Shown here: one piece after another, positions 23,318 through 36,661 of the stretch
How the letters are laid out: every line of letters starts with the position of its first letter
Position numbering within the stretch: position 1 is the stretch's first letter
Source of the DNA: Azolla caroliniana
Taxonomy: Eukaryota > Plantae > Polypodiophyta
Direction of reading: 5' to 3'
Length of the DNA stretch: 64,000 bases
NCBI GenBank assembly: GCA_043228905.1
Contig: JBHGNT010000014.1
Coordinates: 6,696,001-6,760,000 of the forward strand
Program-made: the position numbers and the translations under genes
The notes under the pieces: generated by a model
What the model was told of the DNA's origin: nothing
Seen by the model: the letters and a program-made list of their open reading frames with translations, nothing else
Databases searched by the model: none

Positions 23318-26300
23318 ATGATAGTCGGCATCGTCGGCCGAGAAAAGATAAGGGCGGAAGTGCGACTTCGAGCGTGCGGAGTTCTCGGCCCGGACGAGGA
23401 AATCAGCGGAGCCGTGGAGGCGGTCTCCTTCGACGACACCTTGGGAATGCTGAGGAAGGTAGCCGGAGAAGACCTTAACGAAGACCGGACGATACCGGTA
23501 TGTTCCGAAGAGATGTACGAAGTCATCGCGAACTTCAGTCAGGGGCTCGGGTCGGATCGGACGGCCCGAGTTAGCACGAAGTACAAGACTATGGACCGGA
23601 AGGTAAGGCCAGTCGCGGCACCCCTGCCGGAGGGCAGCGAGTCCCGAATCAGAGGGGTGGCATCGGACCCCAGTTTACGAGACCCGGCCTGCATAGGACA
23701 CACCTTCACCGACGGGACGCTCCGGGAGCTCAGGATCGGTGGGGGCGGGTTCCTACTGCCTGCGGAGGAAGACCGGTTTCGGAAAATGCTCGGAAGGCAC
23801 GGGAAAGCCTTCGCATTCTCGCCGGAAGAAATCGGGTGCGTAGACCCGACGATCGTGGAGCCGATGGTGATATTCATAGTAACGCATGTGCCGTGGAATC
23901 TCAAGCCGATTCCGGTACCAAGAGCTCACATCCCGGAGTTGATGGGGCTGCTGAGGCAGAAAGTCGATATGGGTATTCTCGAACCGTCGAGTGCGCCATA
24001 CTCGAATCGATGGTTTACCGTACCAAAGAAAAACGGAACATTGCGCTTCATTCAGGACCTGCAGCCGGTCAACAGAGTGACCATTCGGAACGTAGGAATC
24101 GGACCGACCATAGACGAGTTCGCGGAGGCCTTCGCCGGAAGGTCGATTTACTCGGTCGGTGATCTGTACTCGGGGTACGACCAGTTCCAGCTAGCCGTGG
24201 AGAGTAGAGACATTACGACGATGCGAACCCCCCTCGGCCTAGTGCGAATGTGTACCCTGCCGCAAGGAGGGACCAACTCGGTGGCCCACATGGTGAATGC
24301 AATGAACAAGGTACTGAGGGATTGCATCCCGGACATCACCATGCCGTTTCTAGACGACATCCCTATCAAAGGGTGCCCGGTGGAAGAGAAGGACGAGACA
24401 GTCGGGCCGGACGGATGCCGGCGATTCGTGGCAACTCACATCGGCGACTGCGAGAAGGTGCTACAAAGGCTAGAGGATGCGAGGCTCACATTCTCCGGGG
24501 AGAAATCGGCCTTCGGGCAATCAGAAATCCTGGTGGTCGGGCACCTATGTGGACCGTATGGCCGGAAGCCGTCTCCGGCAAAGGTAGAAGCCATCTCCGT
24601 GATGAAGACCGACTGTAGCTCGGTTACGGAAGTTCGGAGGTTCCTCGGGGCATGCACATTCTACCACATATGGATCCCGCATTACGCCCACGTTGCGGAG
24701 CCGCTATACGGGTTGCTGAAGAAAGGGCGAAAGTTCGAGTGGCGAGACGAGCACACGCAGTCGGTCCGGAAGCTGAAGGAAGCTCTTGCGGCAGCACCGG
24801 CGCTCCGGAAGGTTGTCTACGAGAAGGGTACCCCGGTATACATAACGGTGGATACGAGTCCGACCGGGATCGGATGGGTCGTCAACCAAGAAGACGGGGA
24901 CGGCATTCGGTTCCCGATCCGATTCGGCGCGAAGGTCCTCAGTGAGCGACATCGAGGGTACGCCCAGGTTAAACGCGAACTCTGGGGTATCGTTTCGGCA
25001 GTAAAGGCCGACAAAGACTACCTGATCGGGACGGAAGTGATCGTCCAGACGGATTGCCTGCCAATTCTCGGCATGGTTTCCGGATGCGCGACACCGGACC
25101 TGGCGATGCTCAGGTGGATACCTTACATCAAGTCCCTGGATCCGGAAATACGGCACATTTCCGGAAAGGACAACGCCATGGCCGACATGCTTTCAAGGGC
25201 GAGGTTTGATGACGAGAGCGGCATGGTTTCGGAGGACGAAGAAGTCGGCGTGGACTTCGTCGAAGCGGCGTACGTGACGACCGATGGGCCGAGCACTCCG
25301 GCACTTAACGGGTTCGACGAGAGCAAGTACGACGGCGAGTGGCTCCAGATCGGTAGGTTTCTGAGGACAATGACGCCGGATGCGTCATGGACGAAGGACG
25401 AGGCCAACCGGATCCGGAAGAAAGCTTACCGATTCTTTCTTCGGGACAGATACTTATGGAAGCACCCGAAGAAGAGGAACGGCGTCCCACTCCGGGTGGT
25501 GGCGATGAAGGAAGAACAGGAGGAGCTGCTGACGGCCTACCACGACAGCCCTTGGGCTGGACACCGTGGAACGTGGGCCACGTTCGAGAAGATAAAGGGG
25601 AGGTATTGGTGGCCGGGACTGTACCGGGACGTGCATCGGTTCGTGACAACTTGCGAGAGCTGTTAGATGCACTCCGTGGTCCGACACAGGGACGAGCTTC
25701 ACCCTACGTACCCTCCGACCATCCACTTCAAATGGATGGTAGACCTGGTGACGATGCCGATGGGAGTAGGACAGATGCAGTATATGGTCTTGGCTCGGGA
25801 AGATCTGACGAACCAGGTAGAAGGCCAGGCCCTTCAGAACAAAACGACCGCGGCCGTATGTCGGTTCCTGATTGAGGACGTGATATGCCGGTACGGGTGC
25901 GTCGGGAAGATTGTGGCTGATCGCGGGGAGTTGGACGCCGAAGAGGCCGAGGAGCTGTTCGACCGGCTAGGAGTCAAGCTCTCGCTTACCACTACGTACA
26001 ATCCGGAGGCGAATGGAAAGGTGGAGCGCGGACACGGACCAATCGTCAAGGCGTTAGTTCGGGCATGCGGAGGTCAAGTCGGGAACTGGCCGCGGCTGCT
26101 GCCTTACGCGTTGTAGGTGGACCGAACTACGCATAGTTCGGTAACCGGATTCATGCCGGCAGAACTCATGTTTGGGCAGAAGCCGGTCATGCCAATGGAA
26201 CGTACGATCTCCTCGTGGGCAACCGTGGACTGGAGAAACGAGATGAGCAGGGAGGAACTGCTGGCGGCGCGTATACGACAACTCGAGCGAAGACCGGAGG

Positions 26301-26677
26301 ACGTGGAGCAGGCTGCGGAGAAGCTTCGGGAAGCAAGGATGAGGAACAAAGCCCGGTTCGACCGAACGCACTGGCTCCGACCGAAGAAGATCGAGGAAGG
26401 CGACTGGGTGCTAGTCTACGACAGCAGCCTTGAGAACCAGCACCGAGCGACACAGAAATTCGCAAGAAGGTGGTTCGGGCCTTACGTGGTACAAAGCGCC
26501 AACGACAACGGGACGTACCATCTGGCGGAACTCGACGGTACGCGAATGGCGATACCGGTAGCGAGGAAGTGGGTCAAAGCGTTCAAGAAGCGTCACGACA
26601 ACGAGCCGGATCCGGTTAACCTGGACCGGGACGACGAACGATCCGAAACCGAGGAAGAACCGACGGGCGGGGAATGA
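23318..26677 (+). pseudogene. pol: pol (RT-RNase H-integrase) with two premature TAG codons
   Basis: FLDD (RT), VDTSPTG (RH), HDSPWAGHRG..CESC and INT core, WFGPY; same frame across stops at 25666 and 26116. Confidence 0.93.
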
Positions 26678-26750
26678 AGGCTGGACCGGTTTTCTCCGTC
26701 CCAACACAATTTGGCGCATGCCGGTGGATGCGCGGTTAGGTGGGGGCGGA

Positions 26751-27382
26751 TGTCGTGAAGAAAACCGTCCACGAGCGGAATCCGTGCACTGGAGCGTAGA
26801 AACCGACTCTTCATGCACGTGCGCCTTAAGTTGTACATAGGAGATCCTAGGTAGATTCGGTGCGTAGGAAGTTAGGGGGGGGGGAAACGGCTCCTTCCCT
26901 GCCTATAAAAGGAGGGAGTCGCGAAAGAGGAGGGATCGCGGAGAGTCGAGGACGAAGTGCTGTCGGTTGCGTGCGAAGGCTTCTCTCTCTCTCTCTCTCT
27001 CTGGTTCGCAAACTCCATAGCTTCCTTCTGTGCAGGTTTCGGGAGGCTCGCGCTGCTTTGAGGAATGCCCGAGTGCTTCCGGCAGCACCTCCAGCCTGCT
27101 CCTGCCTTTCTGTGCGTTTACGAACAGGTATCGGCATCTGTTCGCCGGCCTGTTCGGTTGTAACCGACTCTGTGTTGTGTTGTTTGTTGTTTGTTAATAC
27201 ATACATACGTTTGTGTCTTCCTATGTCGCTGTCCCACTCGCGTCCTTGCGTCGAAGGGCCGTGTCCCTATGAATCTACTCTCGCACGTAGTGGGCATCTT
27301 CTCCTTTCTTTCTTGCTCTTTGACCGTACAGGACCCCTGAGGTCCCGCCTCATTCCACGTATCCGCGAGGAAAACCTCGACA
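26751..27382 (+). repeat. 3' LTR
   Basis: Repeat of 20468-21094 preceded by PPT AGGTGGGGGCGGA. Confidence 0.95.
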
Positions 27383-28013
27383 ACGCGATCGTTCTTTTCC
27401 TCGAATTTGCGGTCCAGTGGTGGTGTTGTTCCATGCTCCGCCGTTCCCTCCGATTGTTGATCTTGCTTTAACTTGTGGGTCGGCAGAGTGGGTAATGTTG
27501 TTTCTAAATTTGGTGTGGGTAATGTTGCTTCAAACCGTCTTCCTCCGGTTCATCCGGGGTGTCGTGACTGCTTCAATAGTTTGACTACACACTGTTCTCG
27601 CCGTCTGATTCCGACTCAAAGGTGGAAAAAGTCTCTGTTTCGCCGGCGTATATGGCGAGGGCTTGCAGTACGGATTCTGCCTGCCATAAACTAGTTAGGC
27701 TACTGCCTTCGTCAGTCTGTTGTTGGTTCTGCAACCGGAGTGACACCTCCGCGACCCGTCGAATCGTTTTGGGAAATGACCAGTCCTACCAGATCTCCTT
27801 GGCCACCTACTGGTAGGTCTCCTGCCTCCGCAGTCTCTCGGCCAGTCTTCTCGCTCGTTTGGTGATTGGGTCGTTTGTCGGTCTAGTCATCCATTCCCCG
27901 ATGTCCACTATGCTCTTTAGGAATCGTGGTCGCCGAAACTGTGTTAATCCTGGACTGGACTAGCCACTAACACAAGGTGTCCTTCCGGATCACTTCACCA
28001 AAGGGGTGGTTAC

Positions 28014-28997
28014 TATTGGGAGACAGGTCCCTCCGGATGGGAAGGGAGAAGAACAGTGCCGATGAACAAACTCGGAGAGCTCGGTATCTGGCAAGAGGAA
28101 TACCGACTCTATTGCGACAGTCAAAGTGCCATCCACCTTGCTAAGAATGCGGCCTACCATTCTCGGACGAAGCATATCCAGCGAAGATATCACTGGATCC
28201 GGGAAAGAGTAGATGACCAGGAGTTTGCGCTGACGAAGATCCACACGGCCGAGAACGGGTCAGATATGCTGACCAAAGTGCTGATACCTGACAAGCTGGA
28301 TGCATGCCGGAAGAGAATCGGACTGGTAAGACACCCCATGCCGGAGTGAAGGGGGAGTTTGTTGGGAGACAAGTCCCTCCGGATGGGAAGGGAGAAGAAC
28401 AGTGCCGATGAACAAACTCGGCCGAGGCCGACAGGCCTCGGCCGAAACCGGATGAGGAGTACCCGGCTACGGAGGGCCGGATGGTGCAGACCCGGTATGA
28501 ACCGGATGAGGAGTGCCCGACTACGGAGGAACCGGATGAAGAGACATATTCGTAAATATGTTTTCTGATAGTCCATCGAGGCTATATTTGTAAATAGCCG
28601 AAAAGTCATATTAGGATAAATATGACTTAGGGCAAACTAGGAGAAAGTTGTTGTTGTCATTTTCTTGTTGGTGCAAGAAGAAGAGAGAGTACGTAACATT
28701 GTATAGAGAGAGAGAGAGAGAGAGGTCGTTGCCTCTGTTGTAACCGCCGCCTGTGGCGAAGATCGTGAGTCCGAGGTCGTTGCCTCCGTGAACTCACTAT
28801 TCTGTACATTCTTACATAGTGACAGTTTGCAGCCTGTGGGCTGCCGTGGTTTTTCCCCTAGTTTGGGGTTTTCCACGTAAACCTCCTGTGTAATTTTTCC
28901 TCTTCTTTGTGTCGCGTCTTATTACCTGTTTTCTGTGTATCATTCTAAGCTTGGTTGTGGCCGAGCGTTGCGTATAAGGAACGACCAGTTCCCGTTA
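28014..28997 (+). mobile_element. Copia family L deletion derivative: about 60 bp of 5' LTR fused to RNase H end, PPT and full 3' LTR (28360-28997)
   Basis: TSD GTTAC at 28009-28013 and 28998-29002; 28014-28075 repeats the LTR start at 28360; peptide CDSQSAIHLAKN..RTKHIQRRYHWIRE. Confidence 0.87.
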
Positions 28998-29829
28998 GTT
29001 ACGGAGTTAATGCTTCCGACACAATTATAACTTTATCCGATTGTTTTCGGATCGGTTTTAGATTTAACACATACACGGATTGATTACATACGTAAGATAA
29101 TACAGTAAGCACAAAACGGAAAGTAAGTAGATACACAATAATCTGAAGACCACTTCACTTATATTAATTATGTCCCTTAATACATCGTTCTTCGAATCCT
29201 TTTATAGGCATCCGGTTCTGTTTACAAAACAGTGTCATATCGGCAACCGGTTATGAATCGGTTCGGATCCGGATCGGTGCAACTCTTCCAAATCTGCCCT
29301 ATTTTAATTGTAGCTAATTAATAACTAATAATAATAACTTAAATTCCGCTTTCGACTCATCCCCCACTTGTCTTTCATACTCTGGCCACCGGCCAACAAC
29401 CATATGTACAAGAGAAAATTCTCGATGTTAAAAACAAAACATTTATGCTCTAAAACAATCCGATAATTAAAAATTATGGTCATGACCATAATTTATCTTG
29501 TGGTAGTTTGTACCGTAGTACTATACACGCGAGGATAAAAGTTTGAGGATTAATCGAGAGTGTAAAGAAGGGAGGATTCTTTTTAATCTTAGGGATTGAG
29601 ACAATACGTAAAGGCCAAATCTGAACTTGCCTAGGGGCCTTAGGTCAGTGCCGTGAGATGTAAGGAACATTTATTCCCATTGTTCGTTTTTGAGGAAAAA
29701 AAAGAATAATTGCATTAAATGCAAATAAGAAGCCCTCTCCCTATAAAAGGAGGAAACGCGGGCACATTTTGGCTTCTTCATCGAGTTTTGCTTTTGGGGA
29801 GGACTTCGATTTTTGTCTCACTCGTGAAT

Positions 29830-30225
29830 ATTTGGTCTCCTTTGATTCTTTTCCTCTCACTATTATTTGTTTTAGGGCTTCTACATTGTGGAGAAGGAGT
29901 AGCTCTCACCACTCATCGCTCATCTTTCGGCATTCTTTCATGAAGGTAAATCGTTCCTTCACTTCTCCTTCTAGATTTGGAGAAGGAGGATCTTTCAACA
30001 CTCGTCACTCATCTTTCAACGTTCTGGATATTTGGTTTCCTTTTATTCTTTTCCTCTCACTATTCTTAGTTTTAGGGCTTCTACATTGTGGAGGAGTAGC
30101 TCTCACCACTCATAGCTCATCTTTCGGCATTCTGGTGTGAAGGTATATTGTTCCTTCACTTCTCCTTCTCGATTTGGAGGAGGATCTTTCAACACTCGTC
30201 ACTCATCTTTCAACGTTCTGGCGTG
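29830..30225. repeat. About 195-bp tandem duplication within the Copia LTR
   Basis: ATATTTGGT..TTTAGGGCTTCTACATTGTGG..CTTTCAACGTTCTGG present twice. Confidence 0.85.
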
Positions 30226-32882
30226 AATGTATTGTCGGCATAAAAGGAAGATTCGTTCGATAGTTAGGGCTTTCAAGTATAAGCTCTAACCTAACGTTGT
30301 AAAAACATAATCTTGTATCTTGAGTCTTGTAGAGAGAGAGTTATAGAGAAATAAAGAACTTCCCTTGAAGCTCGAGTCTATGTCGATCTACCATTTTCTT
30401 CCTTGTTGCATATCTGTGTTATTTGTTGCACACATCTACTTGCAAGTCCTCATACTTCCATGCACTATCCGAACACCCTTTCCAACAACTGGTATCAGAG
30501 CGACTTGTTGTTCAGCAATAGAAAAAAAGACAGTGTGATGAAGAACCCTATAGTTGAAAGAAAAGACTAGGTCACTAAATGTCACTTCTAAAGAACATGG
30601 CTTCAACATTTGGAATATGAATTGAAATCTGAAAGTTCGACGACAAAAACTTTTCCCTGTGGAAGGACATGATGCAAGATGTGTTGATCATCAAAAGACA
30701 GGTTGAAGCCATTCGACATAGCGAGAAACCTACTTCAATGTAAGCCAAAGAGTGGAGATCAATAGACAAAATCGAACGCTCCACCATTTGAATGCACCTG
30801 GCTAAAAACGTCTATTTCAATATGGCAAAGGAGACAACAATATTCTCTTAGTGGGAGAAGTTACAGGTTGTGTATCAGAAGAAGTCCGCATCTTCAAAAC
30901 TGATATTCATCCGACAACTATTCAACATGAAGATGAGAGAAACCGATCCAGCAACCTCCCACATCAACACCTTCAGTCGGGTGTTGTCTGAACTCGCCTC
31001 CCAAGGGATCAACTTCGAAGAAGAAGTGAAAGCTCTTGCCCTCCTATCAAGCTTGCCGACGAGTTGGGAGGTATTTTGCACGACTTTCACCAATAGTTGC
31101 CTAGGCTGAACCTGGACGAAACTATCGGCCAAATCCTCATGGAGGATATTCGGCAAAAATCAATGGGACTCACCATCGACAAGTCGGCAAAAGCCCATCA
31201 CTCGACCGAACCAGTCGATCGAGAGAACAAGCCAAACGATCTGGTCGAAACACCAATCAATCAAGAAAGAGGGGAGACCGATAACGATCAAAGTCAAGAA
31301 ATAGACGAGTAGGTGATTTCTGCACTCATTGTAGAAAAGTTGGTCACAACGTTTCCAACTTTTGGTCGATCAAGAGGAAAGAGAGTGGTCAGCGATCCGA
31401 GCGGAACCAAGGACAATCCGACTCGAACCACTCTATAGTCAACAACCAAATCAATGTTACCAACTCTCGATCGGGACAAATTCTCTCTCTAGAGAACTTG
31501 GTGATCGAAGAAGTCCTATACAGTGCACAAGACGCACAAACGTGGCTACTAGGCACATTCCACGTGACCCCAAACTATTCGGTTGACACCAACAACACAG
31601 TCCGACTAGGCAATGGGTAGGAGTGTAGAATTACAGGATTTGGCAAAGTACCAATCCGATTGTGAAGGAAATATAATCACCCTGCACCAAGTTTGGCATG
31701 TACCCCCACTAAAAAGGAGTCTGTTCTCCATCGGCATGTTAGCCGAAGACGGGTATAGAACGACTCTGAGTGAGTCGAGAGGGATGATCAGTCGAGGAAA
31801 TCTAAAGATCGGAAACGGACACAAGTACAATAACTTGTATCCAATAATGGCGATCAATCTAGAAGGGGATGTGAATGTAGCCGAATCGATCGACCTGAAC
31901 CTATGGCATGGCCGACTCGGTCATATCTCACAAGGCAGACTTGATTGGCTAACGGCGGTCGGCTACATTCCTAAACTCCTAACGAAGACAGACTTCTGCG
32001 AGCATTGTCACTACGGGAAACAGACCGGACGCCTCCACTCTCTCCATTACGAGATGGTACGACAGCCCCTAGAGCTCGTGCACACAGACATATGTGGGCC
32101 GATGCCTAAGCAATCACTAGCAGGCTCTCGATACTTCATCACATTTGTAGATGACTGTACACGGAAGGTCTAGGCCTACTCAATCAGGTCAAAAGACAAA
32201 GCGCTCGAGGTCTTCACTCGATGGACAAATGGAGTGGAAAACCGATCAAGATACAGAGTGGAGACACTTCGATTCGACAATGGAGGGGAATACACCTCCT
32301 GAGCCTTCAAACAATATCTATCCGACAAAGGGATTCGGCACCAAAAGACTGTTCCATACACACCCATGCAAAATGGAGTAGTTGAACAGATCAACCGAAC
32401 GATCCAGGAAAGGGTGATAGCAATGCTTGAGCAAACCCAACTAAAGTTGGACTTCTGGGCCGAAGCATTGCAGATGGCAATATATCTTATCAATCTATTA
32501 TCATCGAAAGCAATAAGGCTCGAAGTGCCACATGCACTATGGTTAGGCAAACAGCCGACCTACGATACGCTCTGTATATTCAGATGTGAAGCCTATGCAT
32601 TTATCCCCAGGGACGAAAGGACCACGTTGGCAACACATGCAACAAAATGCATATTTCTCGGTTATGGAACCGATGGGGAATTCGGCTACCGACTATGAAA
32701 CTCAAAGAACTGGAAATTGATTCAGAGTAGTGACATAGTCTTCAATGAAGACTTGATTCTCTCTGAGCAAAACCATCAGAAAATAGTTGGCAAAAAGGTC
32801 TCTTTCGAAGTCGACAGACACATCGTAGAAAGACCAACACACCAAGCCAAATCGGAGATTCAACAAACAATCGAAATCGATC

Positions 32883-33137
32883 GAGTCGACACCACACCTG
32901 CCGACTGCGAATGAGTAAGAGTTCCACTAGTCGAAATTGATTCGACTACGATTGACAAGAGCCAACAATGACAAACTCAAAATGACCAAGGGAAAGGAAA
33001 CCTTATCAAGAGTCGACACCACACCTACCGACTGCGAATGAGTAAGAGTTCCACTAGTCGAAATTGATTCAACTACGATTGACAAGAGCCAACAATGACA
33101 AAGTCAAAATGACCAAGGGAAAGGAAACCTTATCAAT
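32883..33137. repeat. 127-bp tandem duplication in the INT-RT linker
   Basis: GAGTCGACACCACACCT..GGAAAGGAAACCTTATCAA at 32883 and 33010. Confidence 0.9.
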
Positions 33138-33345
33138 CAATCTCTAAACCCTGTCAATCAATCTCGACTATGTAAATTACACGGACGTTGGCGAATTGAG
33201 CTCCTACGAAGAAGACATAGTTGCGCCAGATGCCGACACATGGCTACAAGCCATGAGATCCAAGATGGACTCGATCAAAGAGAACAACACATGGGAGCTG
33301 GTCGAACTACCAGCTGGAAGGAAGCCATTGCCCTACAAATGGGTC

Positions 33346-34697
33346 TTGAGGATAATTTATTACCATGGTTCAAACCATCATAGTATAGAGAAAGCCTATT
33401 TTCCCAAAAACATTGCTTTGTCGCTTTGGAATCCTTTAAGGGCCCTAGATGACATGTTGTATTGATCTCCATTACAGAAGTTCTAGGTAATGGTAACACT
33501 ACCAACGACGCATGTGTTTGGTTTGATCTCGGATGAGACCATTGTTGGTACATCAGACTGTTGGCCGCCTTGGTCGGCCAAGTGGGAAGAAAGCGAAGAA
33601 AAAGAAAGACGCAGTGATCGTTATAGACCGTAGGGTAATCATGAGGAAATAGTGGCAGTCGTAGGAAAGAATAGAGCGTTACGAATGCATGTAACCGTTC
33701 ACGCGCCAAGCGTAACCAACCATGACCTGGGATATAAAGGGCATGGAAAACTTGTAAAGGACTAGCATACAATTATTATATACAGCTCTGAATATAGTTG
33801 CTATTTTGCCCGACTCCCAGTGTCCGCCGCGTCACGTGCTATGAGTAATTAATCTATGTTGAGTTTTTTATGTATAAGCATTGTATAGAATAACGTAACA
33901 AGTCAATTGTAGTCGTCTCCCCAATCTCAACAGTCCCCATGCTTACACCCGCACTATGCACCACACCCATAGTCATCTGTAAGATGGTCAGGACGTATTG
34001 TCCATTCTCTGAACCATAATATTCTTGAACCGAACCCCGAAGGACAGGCACCATGTTTATCAAATTCGGTAACACTTTTGGTAGGCCCGGTTATCGATGA
34101 CATTTACACAGCCGAACATCAGGGGATGGATGTCGTCTAGCCACAAAGGCAACAAAGAAACAACCCACCGAGCTAAACCACAGACTCAGGCTGAATCCCG
34201 AAAAGAGGCAGAATGTGTGACGGAAAGATCGTGCCTCGACAACTACTTCCCAGACCTCTCCGAAAGCACATTCGAGTCAGCACTCAATGAGGAAAGCGGA
34301 ACTAGACAGGAGGACCTTTGCAAACGATGTTGGGAATGTAGAATTTTACGGGCCAGGTGGCAAACACAGTCATCGAAAGGGCCCTATTGATGGAGTTGGA
34401 AGACAAAGAAGAAGGTATGCCCATGACATCCTTACGACATGCATTACCAGAACTCTAAGAGTATCGCTTATGTCAGGCCATTCAATACACAATATGTCTT
34501 AACCCAACTCACTCAGTGATAGATTGCAACATGTGTGCCCACTGCCCTATTTGTCACTCGCGGGCACATACCGTTGACCAATTTGAATATAATATGTTGA
34601 ATCAATCCACGGCGCCGGTTCAACGTATCGAGCCCCACCGGAACAACCGACAATAAGATCACTTTCGACAAGTCAAACGTGATAGCAACACGGAGCG
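33346..34697 (+). mobile_element. Probable LTR (33346-34074) plus start of internal region of an unclassified LTR element
   Basis: Interrupts Copia RT at KWV; TG..AACA ends; TATAAA at about 33733; TGG-starting PBS-like sequence at about 34079. Confidence 0.5.
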
Positions 34698-36661
34698 TGT
34701 TGGGAAACAAGTCCCTTCGGATGGGATCTGGATGAGAACCGGACGAGACGAAGGAAGCAACCGGATCGGATGGATCCGGAAGGAGTCCAGCTGGATCCGG
34801 TATGAACTAGCAGATAGGAACATATTAGTAAATATGTTCAGACGTGACAATTGAGGTCATATTTGTAAATATTCCCAATGTTATATAAGTATAAATATAA
34901 CTTAGGACAAATAGTTTTTTGGGTTGTTATCATTATCGTTCTACAGAGTGTGAGAGATAGAGAGACATAGAAAGTCTATTTCTGTTGTAACCTCCTATTC
35001 GTGAAGATATAGAGCTCGAGGTCATTGCCTCTGAATCTCATTCTAGTATAACCAATCTCTATAGTGATTATGTTTAGACTCGGCGAACTCCCGTGGTTTT
35101 CCCTTATTAAGGTTTCCACGTTAATATCTTGTCTTGACCCATTCTGTGTCTAAGTGTGTTGATCTTATTTCTGTTCTGATTCTTCCATTCTATTAAGATT
35201 GGATTGTGGCCGAGCACTGTTTTCTACAAATTGGTATTAGAGCGAAGTTCTAGACTTCAAACAAAGAAAGAAGATGGAAGAGTCATTTGGTAGCATGTTC
35301 AACCTCACCGACTCCAACTACCCAATGTGGAAGCCGATGATGAGGGATATGTTAGTGATAAAATATCTCTGGCTACCGGTACGGTGTGGGTACAAAAGAC
35401 CGGACAAGATCAATGCCACAACCTGGGAAGTAATGCACATGAAGACGAAGACATACATTCGGTGCTTCATCGACATGAGCCTGTACAATAACTTTAATGA
35501 AGAAAACAATGCAAATGACCTCTGGGAGAAGATCGGCACGATGCTGGAGAACAAGAATGTCGTAAATCGGGTGTCGGTATTCTAGAAGATAGTGAGGCTC
35601 TGGTATCAAGACGGTGTGAACATGGCAGAGCATATGAACACCTTCCTGGGGCTGATAAACCAGACTACCTCGCTCGAAGTACATCTAGCCAGTGAGGTAC
35701 TAGCATTGTTATTGCTCAGGTCCCTTCCTGATAGCTGGGAGACATTGGTTGTCACTGTGGGCAATGCCAAAACATGTTAGTGGTAAAAGATCTTTGGCTA
35801 CCAATACATTTTGGGGAGACCAGACAAAATCGATGCCACGACCTAGGAAGTAGTGCACATGAATACAACGGCATACATTTAGTGCTTCATCGACATGAAC
35901 CTGTACAATCACTTTAATGAAGAGAATGCAGTCAATGACCTCTGGGAGAAGATCGACACGATGTTGGAGAACAAGAACGCCGTAAATCGGGTCTCGGTAT
36001 TCTGGAAGATAATGAGGCTCCGGTAGCAAGATGGTGCGAACATGGCAAAGCATATGAACACCTTCTAGGGGCTGATAAACTAGACTACCTCGCTCGAAGT
36101 ACATCTAGCCAATGAGATACTAGCATTGTTATTGCTCGGGTCCCTTCCTGATAGCTGGGAGACATTGGTTTTCACTCTGGGCAATATTGGGCATGTTAGT
36201 GGTAAAAGATCTCTGTCTACTAGTACATTTTGGGGACAAAAGACCAGACAAGATTGATGCCACTACCTAGGAAGTAAACAAAATGAAGACAATGGCATAC
36301 ATTCAATGCTTCATCGACATGAACCTGTACAATAACTTTCATGAAGAGAATAAGGTCAATGATCGGCATGATGCTGGAGAACAAGAACGCCGTAAATCGG
36401 GTCTCGGTATTCTGGAAGATAATGAGGCTCCGTTATCAAGATGGTGTGAACATGGCAGAGCATATGAACACCTTCCAGGGGCTGATAAGCCAAACTACCT
36501 CACTTGAAGTACATTTAGCCAATGAGGTACTAGCATTGTTATTGCTCGGGTCCCTTCCGGATAGCTTGGGGACATTGGTTGTCACTCTAGGCAATGCCGG
36601 ACCGGAAGGAAAGAACTTATCTCTGGCGAGAGTAAAGTCAACTCTGCTAAACAAAGAAGCT
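34698..36661 (+). mobile_element. 5' part of a Copia family L element: LTR 34698-35228, PBS-Met, gag with tandem triplication
   Basis: TGTTGGG..CTACA; TGGTATTAGAGC 35232-35243; gag from 35274 (NYPMWK..LPDSWETLV). Confidence 0.88.
35349..36598 (+). repeat. Tandem triplication (about 420-bp units) of the Copia gag core
   Basis: Units start ATGTTAGTG at 35349, 35774 and 36193. Confidence 0.92.

Larger units (their letters stand above)
20468..27382 (+). mobile_element. Near-complete tRNA-Trp-primed Ty3/Gypsy (Phygy-like, no chromodomain)
   Basis: LTRs 20468-21094 and 26751-27382 are highly similar; perfect TSD ACGC; PBS 21098-21115; PPT 26738-26750; gag-PR-RT-RH-INT with a few stops and indels. 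Confidence 0.96.
19791..29400 (-). mobile_element. Degenerate Gypsy gag fragment and probable 5' LTR, host of insertions 20468-27382 and 28014-28997
   Basis: Retrotrans_gag-like peptide (EFGMTLDGPTTWWH..FDTLKTKFLRLF) at 20115-20467; continuity restored by TSD ACGC; TGG-starting PBS-like site at about 27985-28000; minus-strand TATAAAA at about 29200. Boundaries approximate. Confidence 0.6.
29405..33345 (+). mobile_element. 5' part of a degenerate Ty1/Copia element (LTR, PBS-Met, gag, INT, start of RT)
   Basis: LTR ends CCAACA at 30487 (start uncertain); PBS TGGTATCAGAGC 30490-30501; LWHGRLGH, HTDICGP, QNGVVE, WELVELP; cut at 33345. Confidence 0.85.

Noticed and set aside
26847-27471. ORFs within Trp-family LTRs (also 20589-21095 and 62272-62907)
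   Set aside because: They span LTR boundaries and microsatellites, and frames differ between copies.
28998-29021. Alternative LTR end at ..CTTCCGACA (29021)
   Set aside because: Alignment with the 61721 copy and the GTTAC TSD place the end at 28997.
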